NCBI GenBank assembly: GCA_910592345.1
Contig: CAJVPI010000220.1
Coordinates: 1 to 41,541, forward strand
Direction: 5' to 3'
Source: Paraglomus brasilianum
Lineage: Eukaryota
DNA: 41,541 nucleotides
Under the pieces are notes generated by a model. That model worked only from the letters and a program-made list of their open reading frames with translations. It was not told the origin of the DNA and did no database searches. The translations under genes were made by a program, and so were the position numbers. Shown here piece after piece: positions 12,545 to 23,396 of this stretch (position 1 is the first letter of the stretch; every line of letters begins with the position of its first letter).

Positions 12545-14711
12545 ATGCCACCCCCGCACGAGGAGGAAACGGAAAAGTATAGAAATATGCAAGGATCACA
12601 AGATAATGAGATCATAACGGATGATCAGAAACAACATCGTCACAAACGTTTACATCCTCCTCCTCCTCCTCCTCATCACCATCATCATCACCATCACCAC
12701 ATAAAGAAACTAGAAACGTATAGGGCAATATTGAAACATGCCTTGGCTGGTGGATTGCGTATGTTGCTACCCGAGATAATGATAACTACATATCCCATTA
12801 CACAATCTTACTTTTTTGTATTAACGTATAGAATCATATATCTTGGGTCATTTGGCTCGTGGAGGCCTGAACTTCTTTTTACATCTTCTGGTGGTATTCC
12901 GCAAGAGGTAGCGTATAGGTCACCCCGTATGTTTATCCCGAATAAAGGAAGCAGCCAAGAAATCGGCCGCCTGCCCCACTACCCCACCCCCCACATTCTA
13001 CAATAAACCCTCTCGCTTTTCGCATTACTTACATCAAATCATAAAATAACTTGCTCTTTATAGAAAATCGTCAGTTTTAGAGGCATTTCGTCATGGCTTT
13101 TTCGGAACAGATGCGTTTCGTTTTGGTGCCGTCTTTGGTGTTTTTTCGTTTCTGTGGAAGCTGATAAACAACAGCATGCGACTTGCCCGCGGTAAAAACG
13201 ATCATTGGAATGGGCTTGTCGCAGGTAAATGAATGTTGTTTTGATACGCTTACATCCCTAATCTGTGGAGGTTCAAAGGATTCTTTCAAACTTGCTGTTT
13301 TATTTCTGTCACAAAGGATCGATTGCTGGGCTTGCCATCATTGCAGAGAAACGAGAGAGAAGAATAACACTCGCACAGCAAGTTTTTGTAAGGTCAATAT
13401 TCGGTATTATCGTTATCAACCGAGGCCTTAACATGGCGTTCGTATCTCAATTGTCTTTTTCTTTCTATAGGGCATTACAAGGTGCTTATAATGCGGGCCA
13501 TGCGCGCGAGTATTTCAACATTCCTCATGGAGACTCGTTGCTATTCATGGTAACCTGTGGTCAAGTTCTGTATGCTTACACGGTAAATTGAATAATTGTT
13601 GCGGCGACCGTCGTTTGTGCCGTTGTTTGCTGTTTACCATTATCATCATGCGCAAACCACAAACTTTTTTTTTAATTCTCTATTCCCAGATGCAGCCAGA
13701 TACAATTCCGCAAGACTTTTTAAAGTTTATGATCCAAACAGCGCGTGTTCCCGCTAAAGCACTTCGATTCAATAGATTAAACGTTCGTGGACAACCATTA
13801 GATACGGCTGAACTATTGGATTATGCGGTAAAATATAAAGCAACTCCTAAAGCTTTGGACGTTATATCCAAACTGCCTGCTCATCCATTGGCTATACCAT
13901 GGTTAGTTATTTTATACTTTATTCTCTGGTCAATATCAAAAGCACGGGCATTCACCGACATGTTTTTAATCTCGCAATCACAGTCCACTCGTTCATCCAC
14001 GTTTCGATTCCTGCACATATACGGTTGTCGAACGGTTTTATAAAGTGTTTAAAACGATTTTACCCGTATATGCGGCTTTAAACACCGTTTCTATGCTAGT
14101 ATTGGGACTTAAACTTTTTATCAAAAAGTAATGTCACTCTTATTATTCGATTTGATTTACTCAAAGTTTAGGTTGTCGATTCTAAAGTATCGCTTTTTTT
14201 TTCCATACAGTCCCAAACATACCGCCTACAAAGCCTCGTTCAACACTATACGTTCTTCAATATTCCTTACTCTGTTCGTCGCCGGTTACCAGACACAAGT
14301 GTGTCTTCACCGAAATATTGTCAAATCTGGATATAAGTGGCATTCCAAATATTTCTACTGGTGGTGGGGATTCATTACCAGTCTGTCTATCTTTGTTGAA
14401 GACAGAAGAAGACGCGTTGACTTGGCTTTATATGTATTACCAAAGGCTGCCGAGTCTTGGTATAAGATATTGTATAGTAAGAACTGGATTTTCGAATTAA
14501 ACAAGTATGCAGACGTATGGTTTTTCTCAGCTGCTACGGGTGTTATAATGGTAAGTCAAGGTTTATGAAGTTGTTGGGAACAGTCTCATTCGGAAATGGA
14601 TATTTGACTTTTCTTGTTATATTATTTTTTTAGGCCTTTTACCAGCAAGAACCCGAGGTTCTTAGCCACATAGTAAAATCTGTGCTACATAACTTTGTTG
14701 GAAAGAACTGA
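12545..14711 (+). CDS. TMEM135: TMEM135-family (peroxisomal/mitochondrial) membrane protein, about 9 exons
   Basis: Spliced product includes AFRFGAVFGVFSFLWKL, WNGLVAG|SIAGLAI, HGDSLLFMVTCGQVLYAYT|MQPDTIP, RSSIFLTLFV and SIFVEDRRRRVDLALYVLPKAAES. Stop TGA at 14709-14711. N-terminal poly-Pro/poly-His tract. Confidence 0.88.
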
Positions 14712-15558
14712 TATCTGCGTAGTTTATAAGTTTATGAAATATAGAGGAAGAGGAAGAGAAAGCTCAAGAATTTGTCAGTAGTAAGGAAATGCGAACTGGT
14801 TAACCCATTTGCGATTAACACGGAAAAAGTTAAGAAAATCTAGAAATAAAATTTCTGTATATATCACAATTACGTGCATGTCGCAATTTTCTTAACTACA
14901 CGTGAACACAAACATAAACGGGGGCTGATAATAACACCCTGGTAGACGTATAAAGGATTTGTTCTCCTTGCCACATTCACCAGGTAGAAATATCCCCGTA
15001 TAAAAAATTTTTTTTTCAGAGTATCATGATTTTCATGGAATACCTGCAAATAACGCATGGTATTCTTCGATCCTTGGTATTAACTCGGCATCTTGCTTCC
15101 TATGCTGAATAAATAACAACAGCGTCAAAAAAAATCGCAGCATTTCTCGAGAGTAAGTTGCGAGAAACAAGATTATACCTTTCTGATGTTGAAATTTCAG
15201 AATTGATTAGACATTTCCTCTACGTTGACGCCACGAATAATCAAAACTGGACAAAAATCTGTATATATCATATTTAGTGGTGTCTCAAACAAACAAAAAA
15301 AAATTGGCAAAAAAAAAAAAAAAAACCAAAACAAACAAACAAAAATGGTTGATCGCTGCGATGAAAAAAAAAAGAGCCAACTAATTGCGTTCTGGTTCGT
15401 CGGTATATGTCACTATTAAGGATTGAGGAAGCGAGTTAGATATTCCTGTATGATACGAATAGAATTTCTTCTGTATTTGCTCAGATCAATTGAACAGTTG
15501 TTTATTCACATTGACTCACCATCACAAATATTGCGTGAAGTTTCGTCAACCCTGTCCA

Positions 15559-17737
15559 TTATAATACAGGATTATCTAATGCCGGTTCCCAGAATGCCTA
15601 TTAGACGTCGACGTAAAGACAAGTTAGTATCCCACAGTATACTATCAAATTTATTGTAATTTCATCAAACATGTATGCTCTGTCAATCAAGTAGCATTAC
15701 AATAAGGATATGCACTCACAACCGGTAAATGCATAGCTAGTGTGATTGCTAGACGGATGTAATGACACGTGTGGTCAGAGCACAGGCATTTACAATACCG
15801 ATTTTAATTTTCGATCATTTAAAACCGCGAGTTTGTGTACTGAATAGAAATTAAAACTTGCGGGGAACATTGATCGGTATCACATAAAAAAAAACGGAAA
15901 TAATAGACAACTGCGAATCAAAAGAAGAAAAGCAAAGATTGTTCAATTTTTAAACAATCTCCTTCGCTCCTTTATCGTGAAATACTTACCAAGTCAGTGC
16001 ATCCGCTGACCATCATCAGATACCTAGGATTAAATTTCACCACTTGAGATGGCTTGGTATGAGATTCTAATTGCTTCAGTGGACGTATGTCGATCGAAGC
16101 AAATGCAGGTGTAGGCGTCTGTATGTCCCATATGCTTATTACACCGTCCTGGGAACCTAAGATACAGGAGATATGAATCGTGCAAACAGAATTTGCGACA
16201 CAAGCGGTCAGGGTCAAATGTAGAAATTCACATGGCCCAAAACTTTTAAATCACGCCAACACCATTCAATTAATCTCTCATTTTCCTCTTTCAACCTCTA
16301 TACTGCTTCTTTTCCTCTCATTTCGTCTCATCACTCCCAAACTTACCTCCAATTACAAATCGGCCATCTGGCGTAAACCCAGCATCGTCTCCGCCTAACC
16401 CTTCTGCAACGGCTCCCAAGCCAACATGTCCAACCAATCGCCTTCGCAGCTCACCGCTAAAAGCGTCAATCACATAATGCTGGTCTCCTCCAGTAGTGAT
16501 GAGAATATTCTTTCCATCGTTTGAGAACTTTAGAGATGTCCATGTTGGTGGCGCGATATTTCTTTGGTAGGCTATGGCTGAGAAAAACGGGTCTATTATT
16601 GCAAACGTTGAAAAGGGACCCTTCAGTTGTAATGACGAATAAAGGTAAGTAGTTCGTGTAAGTATGTTAAAAGTTATCAGGAATGTGTCTTTTGAGAGAT
16701 GCTTGTAGAGTGAATAAACATTACCTTGTCAAAGTTTCGTAAATCGTACAAGCGTACTTTGTCAGCTATACCAAGCGCGAACACCAGTCCTTTATTATCA
16801 TACCCAACGGAAGGGCGACCTTTTACCCCCAAACAGCCCTAGGATTAAGTAATATTTAATCAGATTGAGCTATTTAGTAATGCTTTTACGTTCTAACTTT
16901 CGTAATTATTATATATGCACTCGAGGCTAATATCTTGATGTTCTCTTCGTACCTGACAGTGATGCGATCTGACATCATACAATCGAATAGAATCGTCAAC
17001 ACTTCCCGACAGGAATGTGTCATCTACTGGTGACATTTCAAGGGTAACCACCCTTATTGGTGAATTAAGAATATTGGTGAGTTTTTTCTTGTCATCAATG
17101 TATAGCGCGAAATCGCGTAAATATGACGGAAAAAGTTAAACATAGTGTAAAGTTTTTCCTTACTGTGACTTGTGTCCAATGAAATACGAAATAAACTTAT
17201 TGTCGTGTACTGAGAGATATCTTATAATGTCTATATAAGACATGATTGTTAATAAGAATCAAGAAATGGAAATGACGAAAAACACTGGAATTTTTACCAT
17301 TCTCCTTTGTCGACGCGTATAGGATAGCTTTGTTGCTATGAGTAAATCGTGTCAAGTGGACCCCATATTTCTTACTGTATAATAACTTCTTGTGACTGTA
17401 ATTGCGATTAACATTTATTAATTATGCAATAATCTAAGCAAGACTGCAGTCAAGTCAATCGAATCCATTCGTTGTTTAAACTCTTCTCGATCGCTCTCGG
17501 TTTTCTTCCATTGCTCATATAATCATCTCCGCCCTCCCCATTCCTTCTTTTCCATACTCACTTTCCCGCCTTACAGTCATAAATGTTAATACATTCGTCC
17601 GCAGAGGCTGTTACACAATACACGCCAGAATCGTCGAAATCAAGAGCTGTCAGTGGCTTGGAGTTGTGCTGGAACAGTTTAGCCACTTTTAGTTGTTGCA
17701 TACGTTGTGCAGTTGTTGCGTATTTGAGTTCAGACAT
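15559..17737 (-). CDS. SWD2: WD40 protein Swd2/WDR82 (COMPASS/CPF subunit), 8 exons
   Basis: Exons read MSELKY...KVAKLF...ALDFDDSGVYCVTASADECINIYDC; LYSKKYGVHLTRFTH; IRYLSVHDNKFISYFIGH; MSPVDDTFLSGS; LYDLRNFDK|GPF; LKFSNDGKNILIT; FTPDGRFVIGGSQDG; VKFNPRYLMMVSGCTDL|AFWEPALDNPVL*. All introns are GT-AG. Confidence 0.95.
15669..15880 (-). ncRNA. Candidate intronic box H/ACA sno/scaRNA; predicted guide for U6 Psi31
   Basis: Inside the last SWD2 intron (about 15598-15988). Hairpin 1: CGATCA/TGATCG lower stem, pocket ATGTTCC/TTTTAAA, upper stem CCGCaAGTTT/AAACTcGCGG. H box AAATTA is 14 nt from the pocket top. Hairpin 2: GTGCTCTG/CAGAGCAT stem immediately followed by ACA+3 nt. Confidence 0.7.
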
Positions 17738-17933
17738 GTTTTTTAAATGACTATCGCTATGTCGAAAAGGGGGGAGAATGTAAAAGTTGAAGAATGTAAG
17801 GGATTGGCATCACGTGATGTAAATTTTTGTTGATGATTGGGAAAATTACCGAGTTCTAATAAAAATTTGGCGCGTGACGCGCTTCCCATGCAGATCTTGA
17901 TTGCACTTTAACAATCACATCATTAATAGACCC
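17738..17933. promoter_or_regulatory. Compact bidirectional promoter
   Basis: 196 bp between divergent ATGs. Contains the palindrome CATCACGTGATG (17808-17819), two reverse CCAAT (GATTGG) motifs and TTTGGCGC (17866-17873). Confidence 0.5.
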
Positions 17934-18449
17934 ATGGACGGCATATTACAAGAGAAAGCATCAGAGTCAGGGTGCTTACAAGAAAACTTGCCTAAAGAGG
18001 AAGGAATAACTATGAATGGTGGGGAGGAAAGTAAGCAAAAATCTCATTGTATAATTGAAAGCGGAAAAGATCAATGTAGGGATCCCATCGAATGCCAATA
18101 GTTTAGTGACCCAAGCCATCACGAATGGGTTATATATTAATACTGTAATATTGAATGTAATCTGACGTCATGCTCAAGACATTTTAATTGATCAGTACGA
18201 TTACTTCTTCCAATCATTGTTACTATAGTTTCCCCACCTCCAAAAAACCCCGCCAACTGCTCCATTGCGACCGATTCATTCGCAGAATTAGTTACACAGA
18301 TGCGGAAAGAGATAGAGCAAAGAATTGAAAATGAGCGCAAAAGTCGTGCCATTCTCTTTGATAAACTTCTTCAACCGATCGTGGAAGAATACATGGAACA
18401 GATGAGAAGGGAGTCAGTATTAGAAGAAAATAGCAATCCAACTTTGTAG
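17934..18449 (+). CDS. Small hypothetical protein, probably 2-3 exons, with a helical C-terminus
   Basis: ATG 17934 (MDGILQEKASES...), GTAAGC donor at about 18031, and a coding-like last exon SPPPKNPANCSIATDSFAELVTQMRKEIEQRIENERKSRAILFDKLLQPIVEEYMEQMRRES...PTL*. Internal splice sites are uncertain. Confidence 0.55.
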
Positions 18450-19160
18450 TCAAGGAGTGTCGTAGGAAGTGAAGGGTAAATGGGGGGGCGAGGATTAATG
18501 GGTTTGGCGAATTTTTGGTTATTAACTGGCGTCTTGTAAATATTTCACCAATGTTATCAGTGTTGTTGTTGTTAAGCTAGTTTTTGAATATTTGTTCTAG
18601 CCAAATCAAGCATGTTCTTGTGTTTATTACTATGTATATCACGATGTTGTTTAAAGATCAGATCACTAAATCGTATAGCACAAACTATTAATATACCATT
18701 TTAATCGCAACGATTCAAAAGCATAGACATCGATAGACATTTAATTATTACGTACATGCCATATGATTAATGCGTTTATTGTTTTGACAGTCATTTGTCA
18801 AACATTCAATCAATTATCCGCCATAGTCGGCATTAAATAACTCAGTATCCACTCAGACCAGCCCTGCATGACAGAAATGCATCTGAGAGAATTTACATAT
18901 AAGTCGCCTACGTTCCCATCCTTTCCCATTTTTTATTTACGTTACTTGACAACTCCTCATCAACCCACAAAAATATCATAAACGCGTCTAATCTCAAATA
19001 CCCCTTTCAATTCAACCACCCTTATTTTAATCGAAACAACTAACAACACTCGCTAATAACTCGGTCTTGTCGTCTTCCTGGCTATATCTACATTTCAATA
19101 CCAAATCAACCGCATCCCACGCCGCCCCCTCCCAAAGCGTATTCTCTACCCTTCGTTAAC

Positions 19161-21257
19161 ATGTCCGACAATAGTCAACCAGCCGTCCCAACCACCTCTC
19201 CTACTACCGGAAGAATCACAAAAATTCTACGCGACATTTACGCGACCGGACGCGCGTCTGTTACAATTGCCTTCAGACCGGACTTTGAGATCACCCTGGG
19301 AGATAAATACGATGAGAAAGAAGATGGGGATGGAATCGAAGAGTCCGAGGGGAGTTCTATTGATCAGGACAAGAGCAATGAATTAAAGAAAGCTTTGGAA
19401 ATGTTGGCACATGAATGTGAACATGAGAGTGGTGAGTCTGGTAAAAAAACCAACATGAACGAAAGCGAAGAGGGAATCGATAGAATAAATGAACCGTACA
19501 GAAGTATTGATAGAGAAAGTGATGGTGCGGAAAGTGATAAAGGAAGCGTTAGAGAAGACGATGATGCTTCGGTCGAAACGATTATTGAAGATAACTATAA
19601 GGGAAACAACGAAGCAAGTTACGAAAGCGACCAAGATGACGACGACGACGATGAAGGCATCGTCTTCATCATGGAACCCACGGTTAAAGGACAAAGCATT
19701 GGCCCCGTACCTGTTAGTTCGTCCAACACTCACGAATTCCCCGATGGCCACACGAAAGAACATATCACTCCTTCCACTTGCATCGATTACACATCACCTA
19801 TTAAAGAAGATCCTTTAATCACCAACATGCCCCACTTGCCCCACTGCACGAGCGCCGACCTCAATACCATCGAACAGACGCAGGGAGAGTCCTCACAACC
19901 TAACACTGACTCTGAAACTGCGGACAATATTGATGCTATTCTCGCCGCTTTAACTGACCTTAGCTTGTCAATAATTAATGCGCCCACCCTTGCTACTGTT
20001 GGGCACGCTGCTGTAGAAGAACAAACCATCGCCACTCACGCAGAACAGGTACCTGAGACCAACGTCGACGGTAAATGTATCATTGAAGAAAGTAGAACAA
20101 ACGAGAAAAGTATGATGATAGCTAATACTAAGGCAACAAAACACAGGGAAAGTGTGCCATCTCAAGGTTTGGAATCTGCGTGTGAGCAGCCCAATACAAT
20201 AAATTCTGGACATGTTCTCGATGTGTTTGGGCGACCCAATATAATGGATATTATTGCGACAGGTCATACGCTAGGACCACAATATCAGCAGCCGATGATG
20301 GTTATTACCACCGAAGATGACACTGCGACTACTGACACCGAGAAAGAAAGTATTGAAGGAACAAAACTAATGGTTGAACCTACCGACGTTACTGAAATAA
20401 GTTCCATCAATTCGGCATCATTATCTTTGGAGAAATTACCAAGTAAATCAGCCGCAAGTTCACCTTCAAAGAAAGTAACGAAAGCCAGTTCTGCCCCTAG
20501 TATCCAAACATTAGACGAATGGACCTTGGCAGCCAGTAGAGAGGGTATAACCGAGAGTCAAATGGATGGAAATGAGACGACTACGCCATCAGACGGATTA
20601 AACACTCTCGATGTCAAACCAACCCCAGAATACATACCCACAACGCTTGCGGAAAGCTCCATTCCTCAAACCGCTCAACAACAAGAACAAGACTCCAACC
20701 CCAAATCCCGCAGATCCGTTCCCAGGTTTTCCGCGACAACAACCCCATCTCTATCCTTCTTGACGCCGACCCAAAAATCCGTAATTGCTCTTCTTCTCGC
20801 AGATACCCTGCAATCACGTGCAATCCGGCCTTACTTTGATCTCGACTGCCTTACCGACCCGGAATACGTGAAGCTCTCACTGGGACATGAGTTCCGTCGC
20901 ATGCGCGATCGCCACAGATCACGTCGTCAGCGTTTACGCTCTGCATTCCGATTCGGCGGCATCGCTGTTTACCTTCGTCGCTATCGCGATTTGCTTGCTC
21001 CAAGTGAGCAGCGACAATTGCTAAAGACGAGTTGGAAAGAATTGAAGGTACAACGAAGGTTTGGTATGAGAGTATTTGAGTTGTTCGAGGTGTTTGGAGA
21101 ACAGGCCTTTGGAAAAGTCAGAGGGAATAGTATTGATTTTCTTGGCGATTTGACGCAGGGGCAGTATAGAGAGCTGAGATTTTATGTTAGAGGAGTCGGG
21201 AGGGGATGGTTTAAGACTGGCGGCGGTGGAGATAACGAAGAAAACGCGAGTGAGTGA
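19161..21257 (+). CDS. Intronless 698-aa hypothetical protein: long acidic/Ser-Thr disordered region plus basic helical C-terminal domain
   Basis: Uninterrupted 2.1 kb ORF with coding-like composition. The C-terminal ~150 aa are globular-looking and Arg-rich (RRMRDRHRSRRQRLRSAFRFGG...GMRVFELFEVFG...DLTQGQYREL). Confidence 0.85.
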   Translation: MSDNSQPAVPTTSPTTGRITKILRDIYATGRASVTIAFRPDFEITLGDKYDEKEDGDGIEESEGSSIDQDKSNELKKALEMLAHECEHESGESGKKTNMNESEEGIDRINEPYRSIDRESDGAESDKGSVREDDDASVETIIEDNYKGNNEASYESDQDDDDDDEGIVFIMEPTVKGQSIGPVPVSSSNTHEFPDGHTKEHITPSTCIDYTSPIKEDPLITNMPHLPHCTSADLNTIEQTQGESSQPNTDSETADNIDAILAALTDLSLSIINAPTLATVGHAAVEEQTIATHAEQVPETNVDGKCIIEESRTNEKSMMIANTKATKHRESVPSQGLESACEQPNTINSGHVLDVFGRPNIMDIIATGHTLGPQYQQPMMVITTEDDTATTDTEKESIEGTKLMVEPTDVTEISSINSASLSLEKLPSKSAASSPSKKVTKASSAPSIQTLDEWTLAASREGITESQMDGNETTTPSDGLNTLDVKPTPEYIPTTLAESSIPQTAQQQEQDSNPKSRRSVPRFSATTTPSLSFLTPTQKSVIALLLADTLQSRAIRPYFDLDCLTDPEYVKLSLGHEFRRMRDRHRSRRQRLRSAFRFGGIAVYLRRYRDLLAPSEQRQLLKTSWKELKVQRRFGMRVFELFEVFGEQAFGKVRGNSIDFLGDLTQGQYRELRFYVRGVGRGWFKTGGGGDNEENASE

Positions 21258-21581
21258 GTGAGTAGTGCAGGTTGAGATAGAAGGAGAGAAGGAATGAGCC
21301 AGAGACAAACGAGTGATTAATAGAATATACCATGAGAGAGAATTAATTCAATTAGTTTGATGTTATTACTACCTGGCTAGATTCCTTTGTTGACTTGCTT
21401 CTTACAACTAGTCCGCGTTAGTCAATGGATTTGATGTAAGGGATACATTAATTAAATAAACAACGCGATCCACGTAAATGCTTTTATTACACGTATATGT
21501 GTTTCTCATACAGCAATCAACTTACTCTTTGCAATCTAACTTTTTCACGTACTCGGTCTTCCACTCTCTACTCTTTCTCCA

Positions 21582-22284
21582 TTAATCCTCTTTGCTTCCT
21601 TCTTCTTTGGATTCAATTTCCCTCACTTTCTTCCCACTCTCTTTCTTTTTCTTTCTCTCTTCCTCAAGCACTTCTGGTATCCATTCCATAATCTCGCTTT
21701 CCTCAGCAACTATCCTCTTTACCTTTTCCCCCTGTTCCACCATCAGAGTCTCGATATTTGTTTTTGATTCGCGGAACCAGCCAAGGTTGTCGGCAATTAG
21801 ATGACGGTTTTCGCACGAGGCGCATTGGATTATGACGACACCGTGATCATACGCTTGTTTAGACATGGTTTTTACTTGTCGATGGGAACATACTTTGCAT
21901 GTAAAGGAGATTAAAAGGCGCGATGATGACGGTGGTGGTGATGATGATGTAGGCGAATTGGGTGAAGAGGGAGAAGAAGGCAAAGAAGAAAATTTTGAAA
22001 AAGAGGAATGAAAGGCACGACAAGAGCGGTATATCGGGAGATTGGAATGACTAGGATGTGTGTGTCTACGGAGCTATAATTGGTAAGTAGAAACGTTAGC
22101 CTCAATGTCTACGAATAAAGGCAAGACGTTGAATTACTTTTATACTCAGTCGTACATTTGAAATAAGCCCTATATTTCCTGCTAGACGAGTCGTATTTAA
22201 GGATACAAGATGAGTTCTAGAACGCAAAAGACATTTTCCTAGTTCGTACAATCTAAAAGCGTATTCTGTCTCCTTTCGCGTCAT
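21582..22284 (-). CDS. ZIM17: Mitochondrial DNL zinc-finger Hsp70 escort protein (Zim17/Tim15/Hep1), 2 exons
   Basis: FTCKVC...MSKQAYDHGVVIIQCASCENRHLIADNLGWF is the zf-DNL signature. A phase-0 GT-AG intron at about 22155-22074 (branch GCTAAC) joins an Arg/Ser-rich N-terminal part. The exact start codon is less certain. Confidence 0.92.
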
Positions 22285-22460
22285 ATTAATAAATATGTTG
22301 AAGATTTTTATCGCGAACGTTACTCTGAAATGTCCTCGGTGATCGTATTTTATGTGTAACGGTAACAAATTGATTGACTGTCTACGTGTTAACTGAGAAA
22401 AAGGCTCACTTAGTTACTGTTTATAATAATAAGTAAACTGTTTGAATTAAATATACAAGT

Positions 22461-22784
22461 ATTACATAGTCAAACTCGATAAGAATGGTTTAAGCTACAG
22501 TATTTTATCGAGGATTATATGGTATACTGCGTAATTGGCCGGAGTTTTTTACTACCAGATAATGAATTAGACATATTCTAATAGAAGTGGTATTCATGGT
22601 TTTCGAATCAAGAATTAAGATTTTGGTAACTTATTCTTTAAATGGCAAATTATTTAATTTAAAGAGATAAATCTTTTACTAATCGAGGTATTTGACTTGT
22701 GGAGAGAATTCTCTTTATCTTATTCATCTTACAGCGTGATTTTATCTTAAAGTGACTTTATTTTATCGAGTTTGACTATGTAAT
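22461..22784. mobile_element. MITE with perfect 22-bp inverted ends (Tc1/mariner-pogo-like)
   Basis: ATTACATAGTCAAACTCGATAA (22461-22482) is the exact reverse complement of 22763-22784, with TA inside each end as a likely TSD. No coding capacity. A diverged copy lies at 34021-34302. Confidence 0.85.
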
Positions 22785-22899
22785 AACGTTTATTTATTTA
22801 TATATCATGAAACATGGACATTCGTATACATCGATAAATGTTTATATGATATTACTATACAAGTAAGTGAAGAAGGATCAATGACAAAAGCCAGCGTAT

Positions 22900-23396
22900 T
22901 GGTAGGCCTTTTCGTTTTCTAGAGCAAGTATATTTGGTACACACCACAACCATGGATAAAACCAAAGTATGTGTCTTGAAGGTTGTTTTGTTTTGTCCTT
23001 CACCAGCAACAATTAACAGATTGTAATTTTCTGAAGGTTTGTTACTGGTTGACACCTTGCACGTTGGCAACTGTTGGAACGCTCTGCAGACATTTCGTAC
23101 CATAGGAAGGCCTGCCTGCTATTCCTCCCAACTCCGGCACCAGGCTTTATAACAATCACCCAAGCGACTGGGCGACTGTAGTATAAAATGCCGAGTTGAA
23201 ATTTGCTTCCTGCCTTTGCAGCTTGTTGGTATAAGCGGAATGCAATGGACTGGTTGATTTCGCCGTTTTCGTAGAAAGTCCCAAGTCGTGCATAACGGGA
23301 GGTATGTAGAGATGACGATTGAACTTGTGACGATGCGGTGTAGGACTCGGGCAAATGTTTCTTTACTGCCCGCACAGAGGTTATCCTCTTCTCCAT
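22900..23396 (-). pseudogene. Degenerate Sel1-repeat + BTB/POZ gene fragment
   Basis: Shortened Sel1 repeats (LGTFYENG...AFRLYQQAAKAG; FQLGILYY...GAGVGRNSRQAFLWYEMSAE) followed in another frame by a BTB start (NYNLLIVAGEGQNKTTFKTHTLVL), which then decays. Confidence 0.65.

Noticed and set aside
16200..16335. GTGATGA...CTGA in SWD2 intron 6 as a C/D snoRNA
   Set aside because: There is no terminal stem or convincing rRNA/snRNA antisense element, and the interior is low-complexity purine-rich intron sequence.
19383..21308. Short ORFs overlapping the 698-aa gene
   Set aside because: They are alternative-frame or antisense shadows with no independent support.
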